Source: Treponema sp. UBA4873
Lineage (GTDB): Bacteria > Spirochaetota > Spirochaetia > Treponematales > Treponemataceae
Assembly (NCBI GenBank): GCA_002399405.1
Contig: DHDP01000013.1
Span: 150,784-214,783, forward strand
Length of the DNA: 64,000 nt
Reading direction: 5' to 3'
Below the pieces are notes generated by a model that was given only the letters and a program-made list of their open reading frames with translations, was not told the origin of the DNA and made no database searches. Below, piece by piece: positions 1 to 9,230 of this stretch (the stretch's first letter is position 1; every line of letters begins with the position of its first letter). The position numbers were made by a program, and so were the translations under genes.

Positions 1-546
1 GACTATGTTCTTTCAAAAGCGGGTCTTATGCCTTCCGAACTCGACTACACGGCGCTCTGCGAGGGACCGGGCTCGTTCACGGGACTCAGGCTCGCGTTCG
101 CGGCCCTTAAAGCCGTAGAACACGCCGGAAACGTTCCGCTCTACGGCATTCCGACACTCGAAACATATGCGCAGCCGTACCGGAAGCTCCCTCTCCCGGT
201 AGTTTCCGTCGTCGACGCTAAGAAAGATAAATTTTACGCGGCAGTTTACGACGGAGAAAAAGAACTCCTTCCCGCCGGCGATTATGAAATCGCCCGGATT
301 ACGGACGTATTGAAGGATAGAAAGGAATTGTTAATATGCGGTCCGGACGCCGGAATGTTTGCAGAGAGGACTGCGGAATTCCGTACTACTGAAAAAATGT
401 ATGTGATGCCGTTCACCGAAGTAACGACGGATGCGCTTTTCGCGCTCGCAGAGGAGCGCATCGCACGGAACGTTCCGCCGCTCAAAGATTTCGACGGACC
501 GGTTTACCTTCGTGCGAGCGAGGCTGAAGAGCATATTACTGCTTGA
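1..546 (+). CDS. tsaB: tRNA threonylcarbamoyladenosine biosynthesis protein TsaB (YeaZ-like), 5' end cut by window edge
   Basis: Frame 1 is open from nt 1 (DYVLSKAGL precedes the listed Met). Motif [19 protein letters not shown] is typical of TsaB/YeaZ. Confidence 0.75.
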   Translation, partial: DYVLSKAGLMPSELDYTALCEGPGSFTGLRLAFAALKAVEHAGNVPLYGIPTLETYAQPYRKLPLPVVSVVDAKKDKFYAAVYDGEKELLPAGDYEIARITDVLKDRKELLICGPDAGMFAERTAEFRTTEKMYVMPFTEVTTDALFALAEERIARNVPPLKDFDGPVYLRASEAEEHITA

Positions 547-763
547 GCAGCTTTGAAAGCGAGTCGAGCGCGCCCGTAGTTCCGACTGCAGCAGCCTTAT
601 TTTCCTTCTGAATCGCATTGAATACTTCTTCGCGGAATACTTTCACGCTTTTAGGCGCTTCAACTCCTATTTTTACCTGATCGCCGCGGACCTCTATAAT
701 CGTTATGGTGATGTTGTCGCCTATTTTTATCTGCTCGTCGACTTTACGGGAAAGTATAAGCAT
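536..763 (-). CDS. csrA: carbon storage regulator CsrA
   Basis: 75 aa, [38 protein letters not shown] is the canonical CsrA fold sequence. Lies directly downstream of fliW. Confidence 0.92.
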   Translation of the reverse strand: MLILSRKVDEQIKIGDNITITIIEVRGDQVKIGVEAPKSVKVFREEVFNAIQKENKAAAVGTTGALDSLSKLLKQ

Positions 764-764
764 A

Positions 765-1208
765 TCATTTACCCTCCCGTGTTTTCAGAGCGTTTATAAT
801 GTCGTGCTTGGTCGTCCATTTGTTGTCGCTCAGAATGATTTGTTCGCACAGATTGTTCTTTTTGTTAATAATAATCGGTCCCTGGAGATTGGCCGTTATA
901 TGAGAACCGTCGGTCGGTATTGTTAAAATCGCCATGACGATAACGTCCTCGGGAGATTTTACGCCTATTTTCGCAAGACTCTCGTCGTCTATATCCGCCT
1001 CGTAATCAGTGCAGATAACAAACGGATCGACAATAAGAAACGCGAGTTTCTCATCATCAAGCGACTGCAGCCAGATGAACGGATTGTACTCCGATTCTAT
1101 GATTGCATATCTCTTATATTCCTCGAAACCGAACAGTCCTTCGGGAAATGTGACGATCTGCTTCTGTTCGACAGTCTTTATGCCCATTGTTTTTGTTTTT
1201 ATATCCAT
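765..1208 (-). CDS. fliW: flagellar assembly factor FliW
   Basis: 147 aa with [29 protein letters not shown] motifs. fliW-csrA adjacency. Confidence 0.88.
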   Translation of the reverse strand: MDIKTKTMGIKTVEQKQIVTFPEGLFGFEEYKRYAIIESEYNPFIWLQSLDDEKLAFLIVDPFVICTDYEADIDDESLAKIGVKSPEDVIVMAILTIPTDGSHITANLQGPIIINKKNNLCEQIILSDNKWTTKHDIINALKTREGK

Positions 1209-1238
1209 ACCGTTTCACCTTTTGTTTCACCTTGCTGA

Positions 1239-2483
1239 TTATTTGATGTAATTGAGCAGCGTATTGCTGTAGAGTTTTGCCGCCGTACTGAGCGTCGCCT
1301 GATGCGTATAGTCCATCATCTTCATGTCGGTGGCGGCTTTTGAAATATCGAGATCACCTTCATTTGAAATAAGCTGCGTTACGTTGAGCGCAGTTCCGGA
1401 ATTGCGCGTTACGTTAAGTCGCGCCCGTTCGTATTCCGAACCGGACTTAGCGACGCGCGCAACAAGATTTCCCAGCCCCTGATCAAGAGAGCCGAGCACT
1501 CGTCCGCCGATCGATTCCTGATCGCCCGTAAGAAGCGCATTCCTCAGCGCAATAACGGTGTCGAACAGAGAACCGCCCGAAACACGCACGCTGGTGCCGA
1601 GATTATACGGCGGCTTCTGGCTCTGCTCCTTAACAATTCCGAGCTCGCTGAGAGACGTTCCGCTGACATCCTGAAGCCACAGCTGGCGCGCGTCGGTCGT
1701 CTCAAGATTCAGTCCCCTGGTTACCGGATCGACGCTCGCCTTCACCGCCGCCCCGCTGTCGTTTATCTTCGACACAAGCGAATAAATATTATCGCCCGCA
1801 TTCACCTGAACCTGCGCACCGTCGACGGAAATAACTCCGTCAGCAGACGCCTGCCAGCTGCTTCCGTCTCTTCCTCCGTAGAGCTGCTGTCTTTCCGCCC
1901 AGAACGTGCGGTTACCCGCGTTGTCCGTCGAAAGATATTTGTGTTCGTCAATTTCAACGTTCACGGAATCGACGTTTCCGTTATACCTGACATTCTCAAT
2001 AAGCGGAATGCCGGAACCGGAAACATTTCCCATCTCTATGTCGAACGCCTGCGTTTTTGTATTCGTTCCCGCAAAAAGAGAATTCCCGTCTTCGCCCGTC
2101 GCATTTGCGTTCTGAACAAGTTCCCTCAGCAGTTCGTCCACCTCTGTCGCCATGTTCTTCATGTCGTCTTTTGTGTAAACGCCGTTTGCACCGGTAACAG
2201 CCAGCTCGCGCACACGCTGCATGATGTTGAGCGAATTGTTCATGTATCCTTCCCGCTGCGCAAACTGGTCGGTAAGCGTCTGTGCGTTTTTTTCAAAGTT
2301 CTGCACTCGTGAAAGATACGACTGATACCGCACAAGATGACCCGCAGCTATAGGATCGTCGCGCAGTTCCTGAATGCGCCGCTGACTTCCGAGCTGATTG
2401 TTCTGCTTGTTAAGACGCGATTCCTGCAGGCGGAGATTCGCCTGCGTATCCATATTATCCATCTGTGAACTGACTCTTCTCAT
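1239..2483 (-). CDS. flgL: flagellar hook-associated protein 3 FlgL
   Basis: Flagellin-like N and C termini (MRRVSSQMDNMDTQANLRLQES.., C-terminal LSTAAKLYSNTLLNYIK). I chose the start at ATG 2483, which has GGAGGA 6 nt upstream, not the longer ORF start at 2636. Confidence 0.85.
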   Translation of the reverse strand: MRRVSSQMDNMDTQANLRLQESRLNKQNNQLGSQRRIQELRDDPIAAGHLVRYQSYLSRVQNFEKNAQTLTDQFAQREGYMNNSLNIMQRVRELAVTGANGVYTKDDMKNMATEVDELLRELVQNANATGEDGNSLFAGTNTKTQAFDIEMGNVSGSGIPLIENVRYNGNVDSVNVEIDEHKYLSTDNAGNRTFWAERQQLYGGRDGSSWQASADGVISVDGAQVQVNAGDNIYSLVSKINDSGAAVKASVDPVTRGLNLETTDARQLWLQDVSGTSLSELGIVKEQSQKPPYNLGTSVRVSGGSLFDTVIALRNALLTGDQESIGGRVLGSLDQGLGNLVARVAKSGSEYERARLNVTRNSGTALNVTQLISNEGDLDISKAATDMKMMDYTHQATLSTAAKLYSNTLLNYIK

Positions 2484-2590
2484 AATCTTCCTCCAAACAA
2501 ATGTTACGGTCATGGATGACCGTTTGCGCCTGCAATTTTCAATTCCAGAAAATTGCAATATCAGAAAAATACATGGATGTATTTTTCTGA

Positions 2591-4462
2591 TTAGACGCCC
2601 AAGCGGTTTATAATCGTATCGAGCATCTCGTTCCACGTCTTGATAAAAGACGCGGCAGCGTTGTATCCGTGCTGAAATTTAATAATATCGGCGAGCTCCT
2701 CGTCTATGTTCACGCCGCTGATTGAGTCCCGCATGTTGCGGAGATCGGCCATAATTGCGTTCTGATTCTTCGTCTGCGTTTCCGCCTGCTCGCCCTTCAG
2801 ACCTACGTTCGTCACTGTATCGGCGAAATAGTCGTCGAACGTCCGGTTGCGGCCTATCATAACCTGCGTGTTGCGGATCGACGCGATTTCGAGTGCCGCC
2901 TTTCCGTCGCCCGCAGCAATGCCGCCCGACGCATCGGTGAATCCCGCGGCTACGCTCATCACGTCGCTTTTAATGGCAGGATTCACCGTGATATATGCGG
3001 AGGGATTCACCATAGGAGTTACCGCAAACTGCGCTCCGGCAAGGTTGTTCACCGCATCGGCCCGGTTAAAGTCGTATGCACCTGCGGCGCCGCTCCCGTT
3101 CAGAATACCGGCATATCCGGTAAGGAACATTCCGCTGTCCTCCACGTGGCGTATGACGAAATCGGGGTTTTCCTGAGCCTGCGCCGTCGTCGCCTTGAGG
3201 ACAAGATTATTATTTCTGTCCAGATACGCCTTTACTTCGCCGTTACTGTCGTTTATTCTGCTCACAACGTCGGCGACAGTATCCGTCGAATGATACGCGA
3301 CGTTCACAGTTCCCGACGGAGCGGAAAACGTCATCGTACCTTCAAGGCCTATCTGTTCCTGAGCGCTGAGCCTGTTCGTTCCCGTAAAACGGAATACGTA
3401 CGAATGATCCATCAATCCGTCCCCGTTGACGTCGTAGTTGCCGTTAACGTTTTCGACGAACGGATGCTCGGTGAAAAAGTCGAGTCCGGTTGTACCGTTC
3501 GCGCCTACTGCGTTGCGGTGGACATCGTTCACAAGGTCCGCGAAATTCATCGTCATCGTGTTGAGCGACTGCATTTCGTTGCGGACATCAGTGTCGCGGA
3601 GTTCTATGAGCGCGCCGAGCTGGCCGCCTCTCACAACGGCATTATCGCCGGTGTCTTTCCAGACGAGCTGCGAATTGCCGTTGTTGTCGACGACGGTTTT
3701 AAGATCAAATCCGCGTGCAATACCGCCCTGAACAAGCACACGTCCGTCCACATGCACCATAAACTCGTCGTCGTCGCGGTCGCTCCGCGTGATGTTCACG
3801 AGTTTTGAAAGCTTGTCCACGAGATTGTCGCGCTGATCGAGCAGGTCGTTCGGATTGTCGCCCATGCCTTTTGAACGTACAATCTCGCCGTTGAGCGCTG
3901 CAATCTGATTCGCATAATTATTAACCTGCTTTATCGTCGCGTCGATGTCGCCGTTGAGCAGCGTGTTGATTCCCTGCAGACTTTCGTAGCGCTGGTTTAT
4001 CGAGTCGGTAAGGGATTCGCCGCGCGTAACGACCGCCTGACGGGAAGCCTGATTCTCCGGATGGATCGAAAGCTCCTGCCACGATTCCCAGAATTTATCC
4101 ATATTGGAACGTATTGAAATATCGTCGGGCTCGTTGTAAATCTTTTCGAGCATCGAGTAATATTTGCTGCGTGTATCCCAATACGTTTCCTGATTAGCCT
4201 GCTCGGTGATTCGTTCGTCGAGCAACTGATCGCGCACGCGCGTGATGCTCTCCGCAACCATTCCCTGTCCGACCATTCCGGGCGCTTCCGGGCGTTCAAG
4301 TTCAGGACGGTACAGGGGATCAAACTCCTTCAGTTCAACACGCTGGCGTGAATATCCTTCCGTATTTGCGTTTGAAATATTGTGGCCCGCAGTCGTAATC
4401 GCCTGCGTATGAGCCATAATGCTCCGTTTACCAAGTTCTATTCCTGAAAATGTTGATCCCAT
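2591..4462 (-). CDS. flgK: flagellar hook-associated protein 1 FlgK
   Basis: 623 aa. The N-terminus FSGIELGKRSIMAHTQAITTAGHNISNANTEGYSRQRVEL is the FlgK signature. Confidence 0.9.
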   Translation of the reverse strand: MGSTFSGIELGKRSIMAHTQAITTAGHNISNANTEGYSRQRVELKEFDPLYRPELERPEAPGMVGQGMVAESITRVRDQLLDERITEQANQETYWDTRSKYYSMLEKIYNEPDDISIRSNMDKFWESWQELSIHPENQASRQAVVTRGESLTDSINQRYESLQGINTLLNGDIDATIKQVNNYANQIAALNGEIVRSKGMGDNPNDLLDQRDNLVDKLSKLVNITRSDRDDDEFMVHVDGRVLVQGGIARGFDLKTVVDNNGNSQLVWKDTGDNAVVRGGQLGALIELRDTDVRNEMQSLNTMTMNFADLVNDVHRNAVGANGTTGLDFFTEHPFVENVNGNYDVNGDGLMDHSYVFRFTGTNRLSAQEQIGLEGTMTFSAPSGTVNVAYHSTDTVADVVSRINDSNGEVKAYLDRNNNLVLKATTAQAQENPDFVIRHVEDSGMFLTGYAGILNGSGAAGAYDFNRADAVNNLAGAQFAVTPMVNPSAYITVNPAIKSDVMSVAAGFTDASGGIAAGDGKAALEIASIRNTQVMIGRNRTFDDYFADTVTNVGLKGEQAETQTKNQNAIMADLRNMRDSISGVNIDEELADIIKFQHGYNAAASFIKTWNEMLDTIINRLGV

Positions 4463-4486
4463 AGTGTACCTTCTTTACTTCCTGAA

Positions 4487-4921
4487 TTAATAAAGTTTGT
4501 TCACAACGACGCTCGACGGCTGCGAATGAACGATTTTTCCGCTCCGTGAATACACTTTACTGCGACTCTGAGGAACAGCCTCGTCGAGTACTCCCTGAAT
4601 GAATCCGCGCGTAATGGTGATATAATCGCCGAGCGCCTGATTTTCTGTTTTTGATTTGACAAGTTTGCCGCGTACCTGGGCAAGGAGCGGCATGGCAGCT
4701 TTTTTCGCTTCATCAGTCTGCTTCCGTGTAATACGTTCCCGTTCCGATTCAGCTTTTCTGAAATCGTCGGCAAGCATATTTATGCCGGAAACAGTCTCCA
4801 TAAGTTTTTCCCATTTCTTGTCGTGAACAGCTTTGCGAAGCTCAGCCTGCTCAACAAGCACTTTATCGAGAAGTTCGTTTTCCTTTGTAAGAATCTGTTC
4901 CAGTGTTGCTGCTTCTGCCAT
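4487..4921 (-). CDS. FlgN-like flagellar chaperone (hypothetical)
   Basis: 144 aa helical protein in first position upstream of flgK, as for flgN/yvyG-type genes. The call rests on context, not on a diagnostic motif. Confidence 0.4.
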   Translation of the reverse strand: MAEAATLEQILTKENELLDKVLVEQAELRKAVHDKKWEKLMETVSGINMLADDFRKAESERERITRKQTDEAKKAAMPLLAQVRGKLVKSKTENQALGDYITITRGFIQGVLDEAVPQSRSKVYSRSGKIVHSQPSSVVVNKLY

Positions 4922-4940
4922 ATAGTCTACCTCTCTTTCA

Positions 4941-4968
4941 TTATCGGGATAAAGAAAGAACGACTTTA
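4941..4968 (-). promoter_or_regulatory. sigma28 (FliA)-type promoter candidate for the flgN-like/flgK/flgL/fliW/csrA operon
   Basis: The minus strand reads TAAA-16 nt-CCCGATAA (consensus TAAA-N15-GCCGATAA) about 20 nt upstream of the ATG at 4921. Confidence 0.45.
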
Positions 4969-4992
4969 TATAAATATTCGAAATCAGTCCCC

Positions 4993-5022
4993 TTGACTCA
5001 TTCCCTTTTTATTTGTTATAGT
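4993..5022 (+). promoter_or_regulatory. sigma70-like promoter candidate for tRNA-His/tRNA-Arg
   Basis: TTGACT (4993-4998), 18 nt spacer, TATAGT (5017-5022), about 30 nt before tRNA-His. Confidence 0.4.
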
Positions 5023-5051
5023 TATCGGCGTACTGCAAAAAGTACCAACTC

Positions 5052-5124
5052 GGTGCCTGTAGCTCAGCGGTAGAGTCCCAGATTGTGGATCTGGTTGTCG
5101 TGGGTTCGAAACCCACCAGGCACC
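5052..5124 (+). tRNA. tRNA-His (GTG)
   Basis: Cloverleaf found by eye: encoded G-1, acceptor GTGCCTG/CAGGCAC, anticodon stem CCAGA/TCTGG with loop TTGTGGA, T-loop GGTTCGAAACC. Confidence 0.9.
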
Positions 5125-5135
5125 CTTTTTTGAAT

Positions 5136-5209
5136 GCGATTATAGCTCAACTGGATAGAGCAACGGACTTCGAATCCGTAGGTTGGCGGTTCGACTCCGC
5201 CTAGTCGCA
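5136..5209 (+). tRNA. tRNA-Arg (TCG)
   Basis: Acceptor GCGATTA/TAGTCGC (one G-U), anticodon stem ACGGA/TCCGT with loop CTTCGAA, T-loop GGTTCGACTCC. Confidence 0.9.
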
Positions 5210-5218
5210 GCAGAACAA

Positions 5219-5245
5219 GGCCGTGCATGACACGGCTTTTTATTT
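5219..5245 (+). terminator. intrinsic terminator after tRNA-Arg
   Basis: GGCCGTG-CATGA-CACGGC followed by TTTTTATTTTT. Confidence 0.6.
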
Positions 5246-5290
5246 TTAACACCGGCCGACACAAATTATGAAAAAACAAGGGACGGGGAC

Positions 5291-5319
5291 TTGATATTTT
5301 TTTTGTACTTTGCTATAGT
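5291..5319 (+). promoter_or_regulatory. sigma70-like promoter candidate for tRNA-Lys/Leu/Gly/Gly
   Basis: TTGATA (5291-5296), 17 nt spacer, TATAGT (5314-5319). Confidence 0.45.
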
Positions 5320-5357
5320 AGTGAACATTCAGCCACCGCGAAAGCGGATACTGATTT

Positions 5358-5430
5358 CGGGCCATTAGCTCAGCTGGTAGAGCAACAGACTCTTAATCTG
5401 TGGGTCGGCAGTTCGAAGCTGCCATGGCTC
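5358..5430 (+). tRNA. tRNA-Lys (CTT)
   Basis: Acceptor GGGCCAT/ATGGCTC, anticodon stem ACAGA/TCTGT with loop CTCTTAA, T-arm GGCAG-TTCGAAG-CTGCC. Confidence 0.9.
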
Positions 5431-5480
5431 AACCTTTACAAGACAATGTCAGCCGTCGTAAAGGCGCACTTGAACATTAT

Positions 5481-5560
5481 GCGAGAGTGGTGAAATGGCA
5501 GACACGCCAGACTTAGGATCTGGTGCCTTAGGCGTGAGGGTTCAAGTCCCTTCTCTCGCA
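5481..5560 (+). tRNA. tRNA-Leu (TAG)
   Basis: Acceptor GCGAGAG/CTCTCGC, anticodon stem CCAGA/TCTGG with loop CTTAGGA, long variable arm, T-arm GAGGG-TTCAAGT-CCCTT. Confidence 0.85.
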
Positions 5561-5597
5561 ATTCCGTAAACACTATGGTGTTGCGAATTACAGATTT

Positions 5598-5669
5598 GCG
5601 GGAATAGCTCAGTGGTAGAGCGCCACCTTGCCAAGGTGGATGTCGCGGGTCCAATTCCCGTTTCCCGCT
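5598..5669 (+). tRNA. tRNA-Gly (GCC), copy 1
   Basis: Acceptor GCGGGAA/TTCCCGC, anticodon stem CCACC/GGTGG with loop TTGCCAA. Confidence 0.9.
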
Positions 5670-5714
5670 CTATTGCTGCACTAATAAAGCGGCCGGAAAA
5701 CGCAAAGACCATTT

Positions 5715-5786
5715 GCGGGAATAGCTCAGTGGTAGAGCGCCACCTTGCCAAGGTGGATGTCGCGGGTCCAATTCCCGTTTCCCGCT
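5715..5786 (+). tRNA. tRNA-Gly (GCC), copy 2 (identical to copy 1)
   Basis: Same 72-nt sequence repeated 117 nt downstream of copy 1. Confidence 0.9.
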
Positions 5787-5795
5787 TAAAAGCAG

Positions 5796-5828
5796 GCGAT
5801 TCGGAGCAATCTGAGTCGCTTTTTTTTA
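5796..5828 (+). terminator. intrinsic terminator after the tRNA cluster
   Basis: GCGATTCGG..CTGAGTCGC stem (with G-U pairs) followed by a T9 run. Confidence 0.6.
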
Positions 5829-5868
5829 CTTTTTTCAATTTTATTATGTTATTGATAAGGAGCCTAGC

Positions 5869-7233
5869 GTGAAACTCACAAAAGAATTCACCAGTCTTGA
5901 AAAATCAGCAGTCAAACTGACTGTTACAATCGCGCAGAAAGACGTCGCAGATGCTTACAACGAAACAATCGGGAAATATGTAAAGAGCGCTCAGATTCCG
6001 GGTTTCCGCAAGGGACACGTTCCGGCAAATATTCTTGAGCGGAAATTCGGCGACGGAATAAAGGCCGACACGGTAAGCGAACTGATTGACAAATCGCTCA
6101 ACGATATCTTCAGCGACGATGCGGAAAAAGACAATCGTCCGCTTCCCTACGCGCAGCCAGTCATGGAAAAAATGCCGGAAATGGACCTTACAAAAGAGCT
6201 TACATTTACCGTCATGTACGACATTTTTCCGAAAGTCGACGTCAAAAACTTTTCGGGAATAACGATAAAAGAACCGCAGGTTGCAATCGGCGACAAAGAA
6301 CTGCAGGACGAACTTAAAGCCGTTCAGGAACGCAACGCCGTCGTTATCGACAAAAAGGACGACGAAAAAGCGGAAAAAGACAACATCGTCACAATAAATT
6401 ACAGTGAAATCGGCGACGACGGAAAAGAAATTGCAGGCAGCAAGCGGCAGGATTTTGTATTCACCGTCGGCAGCGGCGAAAATATTTACAAGATTGACGA
6501 CGACGTTATCGGAATGAAAAAAGGTGAAACGAAAGAAATTACCAAAAAATACGCAAAGGACGACAAGGATGAGGAGCTTGCCGGAAAAACGAAGAAAATC
6601 AGCGTGACAGTCACGGCAATCAAAGCGCGCAATCTCCCCACCCTCGACGACGATCTTGCGCAGGATGTAAGTGAAAAATACAAGACGCTCGACGACCTCA
6701 AGAAAGACATCATGAAGAACCTGGAAGCAGCACGGGACAGAAAAATCAGGGAAATCAAGAGCAACGATCTTCTTTCCCAGCTTATTGAAAAGAATCAGTT
6801 CGAGATTCCGGCGTCGATGCTCAAAGCCGAACTTGACGGACGCTGGCAGATGATGGCGCAGCAGTTCCAGACGACTCAGGAACAGCTCGAACGTATGATT
6901 ACGGCATCGGGGCAGAAAAAGGACGACATGCTCAAACAATGGTCGGCGGAGAGCGAAAAGATGCTCAAGAGCCGCATCATCGTCGACAACCTTATCCGCT
7001 CGCGTAGCATTTCGGTCACGCCGGAAGAAATCGAAGCCGAATATCAGCGGATTGCGGATGACGGCAACGTATCAGTGGACGAAGTGAAAAAGCACTACTC
7101 CGATGCGCGCGCAAAAGAATACCTGATAGACGACACGAAAGAACAAAAGCTGTATACAGAGCTCTATAAGGAAGTAAAAATCACGAAAGGCGACAAAACG
7201 GCCTTCGCAGACCTTTTCAAACAGGGCAACTGA
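5869..7233 (+). CDS. tig: trigger factor
   Basis: 454 aa, GTG start. N-terminus KLTVTIAQKDVADAYNETIGKYVKSAQIPGFRKGHVP is the trigger-factor ribosome-binding domain. Followed by clpP-clpX. Confidence 0.9.
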   Translation: MKLTKEFTSLEKSAVKLTVTIAQKDVADAYNETIGKYVKSAQIPGFRKGHVPANILERKFGDGIKADTVSELIDKSLNDIFSDDAEKDNRPLPYAQPVMEKMPEMDLTKELTFTVMYDIFPKVDVKNFSGITIKEPQVAIGDKELQDELKAVQERNAVVIDKKDDEKAEKDNIVTINYSEIGDDGKEIAGSKRQDFVFTVGSGENIYKIDDDVIGMKKGETKEITKKYAKDDKDEELAGKTKKISVTVTAIKARNLPTLDDDLAQDVSEKYKTLDDLKKDIMKNLEAARDRKIREIKSNDLLSQLIEKNQFEIPASMLKAELDGRWQMMAQQFQTTQEQLERMITASGQKKDDMLKQWSAESEKMLKSRIIVDNLIRSRSISVTPEEIEAEYQRIADDGNVSVDEVKKHYSDARAKEYLIDDTKEQKLYTELYKEVKITKGDKTAFADLFKQGN

Positions 7234-7256
7234 AACGTAAAGTACTTCTTATAAAG

Positions 7257-7294
7257 GTGGAATGTGCCTTTGCCGGGACATTCCACTTTTTTTT
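7257..7294 (+). terminator. intrinsic terminator after tig
   Basis: GTGGAATGT..ACATTCCAC 9-bp stem followed by T8. Confidence 0.7.
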
Positions 7295-7327
7295 ATGCAA
7301 TATATATAGTATATTATATATAACAGG

Positions 7328-7942
7328 ATGGATTATACTATGGATGAACAAATGAATAACCTTGTTCCCTACGTCATTGAACGCAGCGGAAACACAGAAC
7401 GCTCTTACGATATATTCTCCCGTCTGCTCAAGGACCGCATAGTTTTTGTGGACGGTGAAATAAACGACGCAACTGCCGATCTTATTGTAGCACAGATACT
7501 GTATCTTGAATCGGAAAATCCTGAAAAGGATATAAGCATGTACATCAACAGCCCCGGCGGATCAGTTACCGCAGGACTCGCCATTTATGACACTATGCAG
7601 TATGTGAAATGCCAGGTGCAGACAATCTGTATGGGCCAGGCTGCCAGCATGGGAGCCATTCTTCTTGCCGGCGGAACGCAGGGAAAACGCTATGCACTTC
7701 CGTCCTCGCGCGTCATGATTCACCAGCCGTGGGGCGGCGTCGAAGGCCAGGAAAGCGATATTTCCATACAGGCTAAGGAAATAATGAGACTCAAAAAGCT
7801 TACTATCGATTATTTTGCAAACAATACGAAAAAAGACAGAGAGCAGGTCGCTGCCGACATGGAACGGGATTTCTATATGTCCGCGGAGGACGCGCTCAAT
7901 TACGGCATCGTCGACCATATCATGCCAGGGAGGAAAAAATAA
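7328..7942 (+). CDS. clpP: ATP-dependent Clp protease proteolytic subunit ClpP
   Basis: [14 protein letters not shown].., GQAASMGA (active-site Ser) and MIHQPWGG (His) motifs. Confidence 0.93.
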   Translation: MDYTMDEQMNNLVPYVIERSGNTERSYDIFSRLLKDRIVFVDGEINDATADLIVAQILYLESENPEKDISMYINSPGGSVTAGLAIYDTMQYVKCQVQTICMGQAASMGAILLAGGTQGKRYALPSSRVMIHQPWGGVEGQESDISIQAKEIMRLKKLTIDYFANNTKKDREQVAADMERDFYMSAEDALNYGIVDHIMPGRKK

Positions 7943-9195
7943 TGAAACATTTCGGCAGCGATACAGAGTTCTGCTCATTCTGCGGAAAACCGGCCGATTC
8001 AACACGCCATCTTGTTTCCGCCCCGTCGGGGAACATTCACATATGCAATCAGTGCGTGGCTGTCTGCCAGAGTATTCTTGAGCAGGAGGAAGGCGATCTC
8101 GCTCCGATCGAAATGAGCGAAGTCCCGACACCGAGAGAATTCAAAGAGTATCTTGATCAGTATATTGTGGGCCAGGATGAAGCGAAAAAAACGCTTTCGG
8201 TCGCCGTGTACAATCACTATAAACGCATGTCCGTTCCGAAGGATATGCGCAGTGACGACGATGTTCAGATCGAAAAATCGAACATTCTGCTCATGGGACC
8301 GACCGGAAGCGGCAAAACGCTTCTTGCGAAAACGCTTGCACAGAGACTCAAGGTTCCGTTCGCTATTGCGGACGCTACGACGCTCACGGAAGCCGGCTAC
8401 GTCGGAGAAGACGTCGAAAACGTGCTTCTGAAACTCATCAACAACGCGAACGGCAACGTTCCCGCAGCTGAACGGGGCATCGTTTTTATCGACGAGATAG
8501 ACAAGATTTCGCGCAAAAGCGAGAATACATCTATCACGCGCGACGTCTCGGGTGAAGGTGTTCAGCAGGCGCTCCTTAAGATTATCGAGGGAACGCACGC
8601 AAGCGTTCCGCCGCAGGGAGGACGCAAACATCCTAATCAGGAAATGATCGACATAGATACGACGAATATTCTGTTCATTCTCGGCGGAGCTTTCGTCGGG
8701 CTGGAAAAAATCATAGAGCAGCGGACGGCTGAGCGCGCTATGGGATTCGGAAGCAACGTCGGTATGATGGACGAAGAACAGCGGATGAATCTCCTTAATC
8801 AGTGCACGCCGGACGACCTTGTAAAGTTCGGCATCATTCCCGAACTCATCGGACGCATGCCTATTACGGTGGCTCTGAAGGAACTTACGCGCGACGACCT
8901 CGTGAGCATTCTCACGGTGCCGAAAAACGCTATAACCAAACAGTTCAGGGCATCGTTCGGTCTTGACAACGTGGACCTTGAGTTCACGCCGGAAGCTATC
9001 GGAGAAATTGCAGACGAGGCTATCCGCCAGAAAACAGGCGCGCGCGGACTGCGGAGCATAGTGGAAAAAATGCTCACGGACATCATGTATGAAGTGCCGA
9101 GCATCAAGGATCATGAAAGGAAAAAGCTCGTCATCACGGCGGACATCGTGAAGAACAAGATTCATCCCGACGTGAACGCGCTGCTTACCGCATAA
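7942..9195 (+). CDS. clpX: ATP-dependent Clp protease ATP-binding subunit ClpX
   Basis: N-terminal Zn-finger CSFCGK..CNQC, Walker [18 protein letters not shown]. Its start overlaps the clpP stop (TAATG). Confidence 0.93.
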   Translation: MKHFGSDTEFCSFCGKPADSTRHLVSAPSGNIHICNQCVAVCQSILEQEEGDLAPIEMSEVPTPREFKEYLDQYIVGQDEAKKTLSVAVYNHYKRMSVPKDMRSDDDVQIEKSNILLMGPTGSGKTLLAKTLAQRLKVPFAIADATTLTEAGYVGEDVENVLLKLINNANGNVPAAERGIVFIDEIDKISRKSENTSITRDVSGEGVQQALLKIIEGTHASVPPQGGRKHPNQEMIDIDTTNILFILGGAFVGLEKIIEQRTAERAMGFGSNVGMMDEEQRMNLLNQCTPDDLVKFGIIPELIGRMPITVALKELTRDDLVSILTVPKNAITKQFRASFGLDNVDLEFTPEAIGEIADEAIRQKTGARGLRSIVEKMLTDIMYEVPSIKDHERKKLVITADIVKNKIHPDVNALLTA

Positions 9196-9203
9196 AACAA
9201 AGA

Positions 9204-9230
9204 AGACTTCCCGACAGGGAGGTCTTTTTA
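9204..9230. terminator. bidirectional hairpin between convergent clpX and the glycosyltransferase gene
   Basis: AGACTTCCC-GACA-GGGAGGTCT followed by a T run. Overlaps the stop codon of the minus-strand gene. Confidence 0.55.

Noticed and set aside
1239-2636. Long N-terminal extensions suggested by the ORF track for flgL (to 2636), the response regulator (to 52772), the lipoprotein (to 20491), GntR (to 28349), DUF2318 (to 55160) and the aminotransferase (to 59123)
   Set aside because: Internal ATGs with good Shine-Dalgarno sequences coincide with the start of homology or of signal peptides. The extensions overlap upstream genes or add non-homologous residues.
5064-5872. Small ORFs (71-98 aa) on both strands across the tRNA cluster
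   Set aside because: They are composed of tRNA sequence. Repeats such as WRSTTELFPQ come from the duplicated tRNA-Gly. The tRNA cloverleaves explain the region.
5905-6939. 344-aa minus-strand ORF inside tig, plus the nested 6486-6764 ORF
   Set aside because: It lies antisense to trigger factor and has a low-complexity F/V/R-rich translation.
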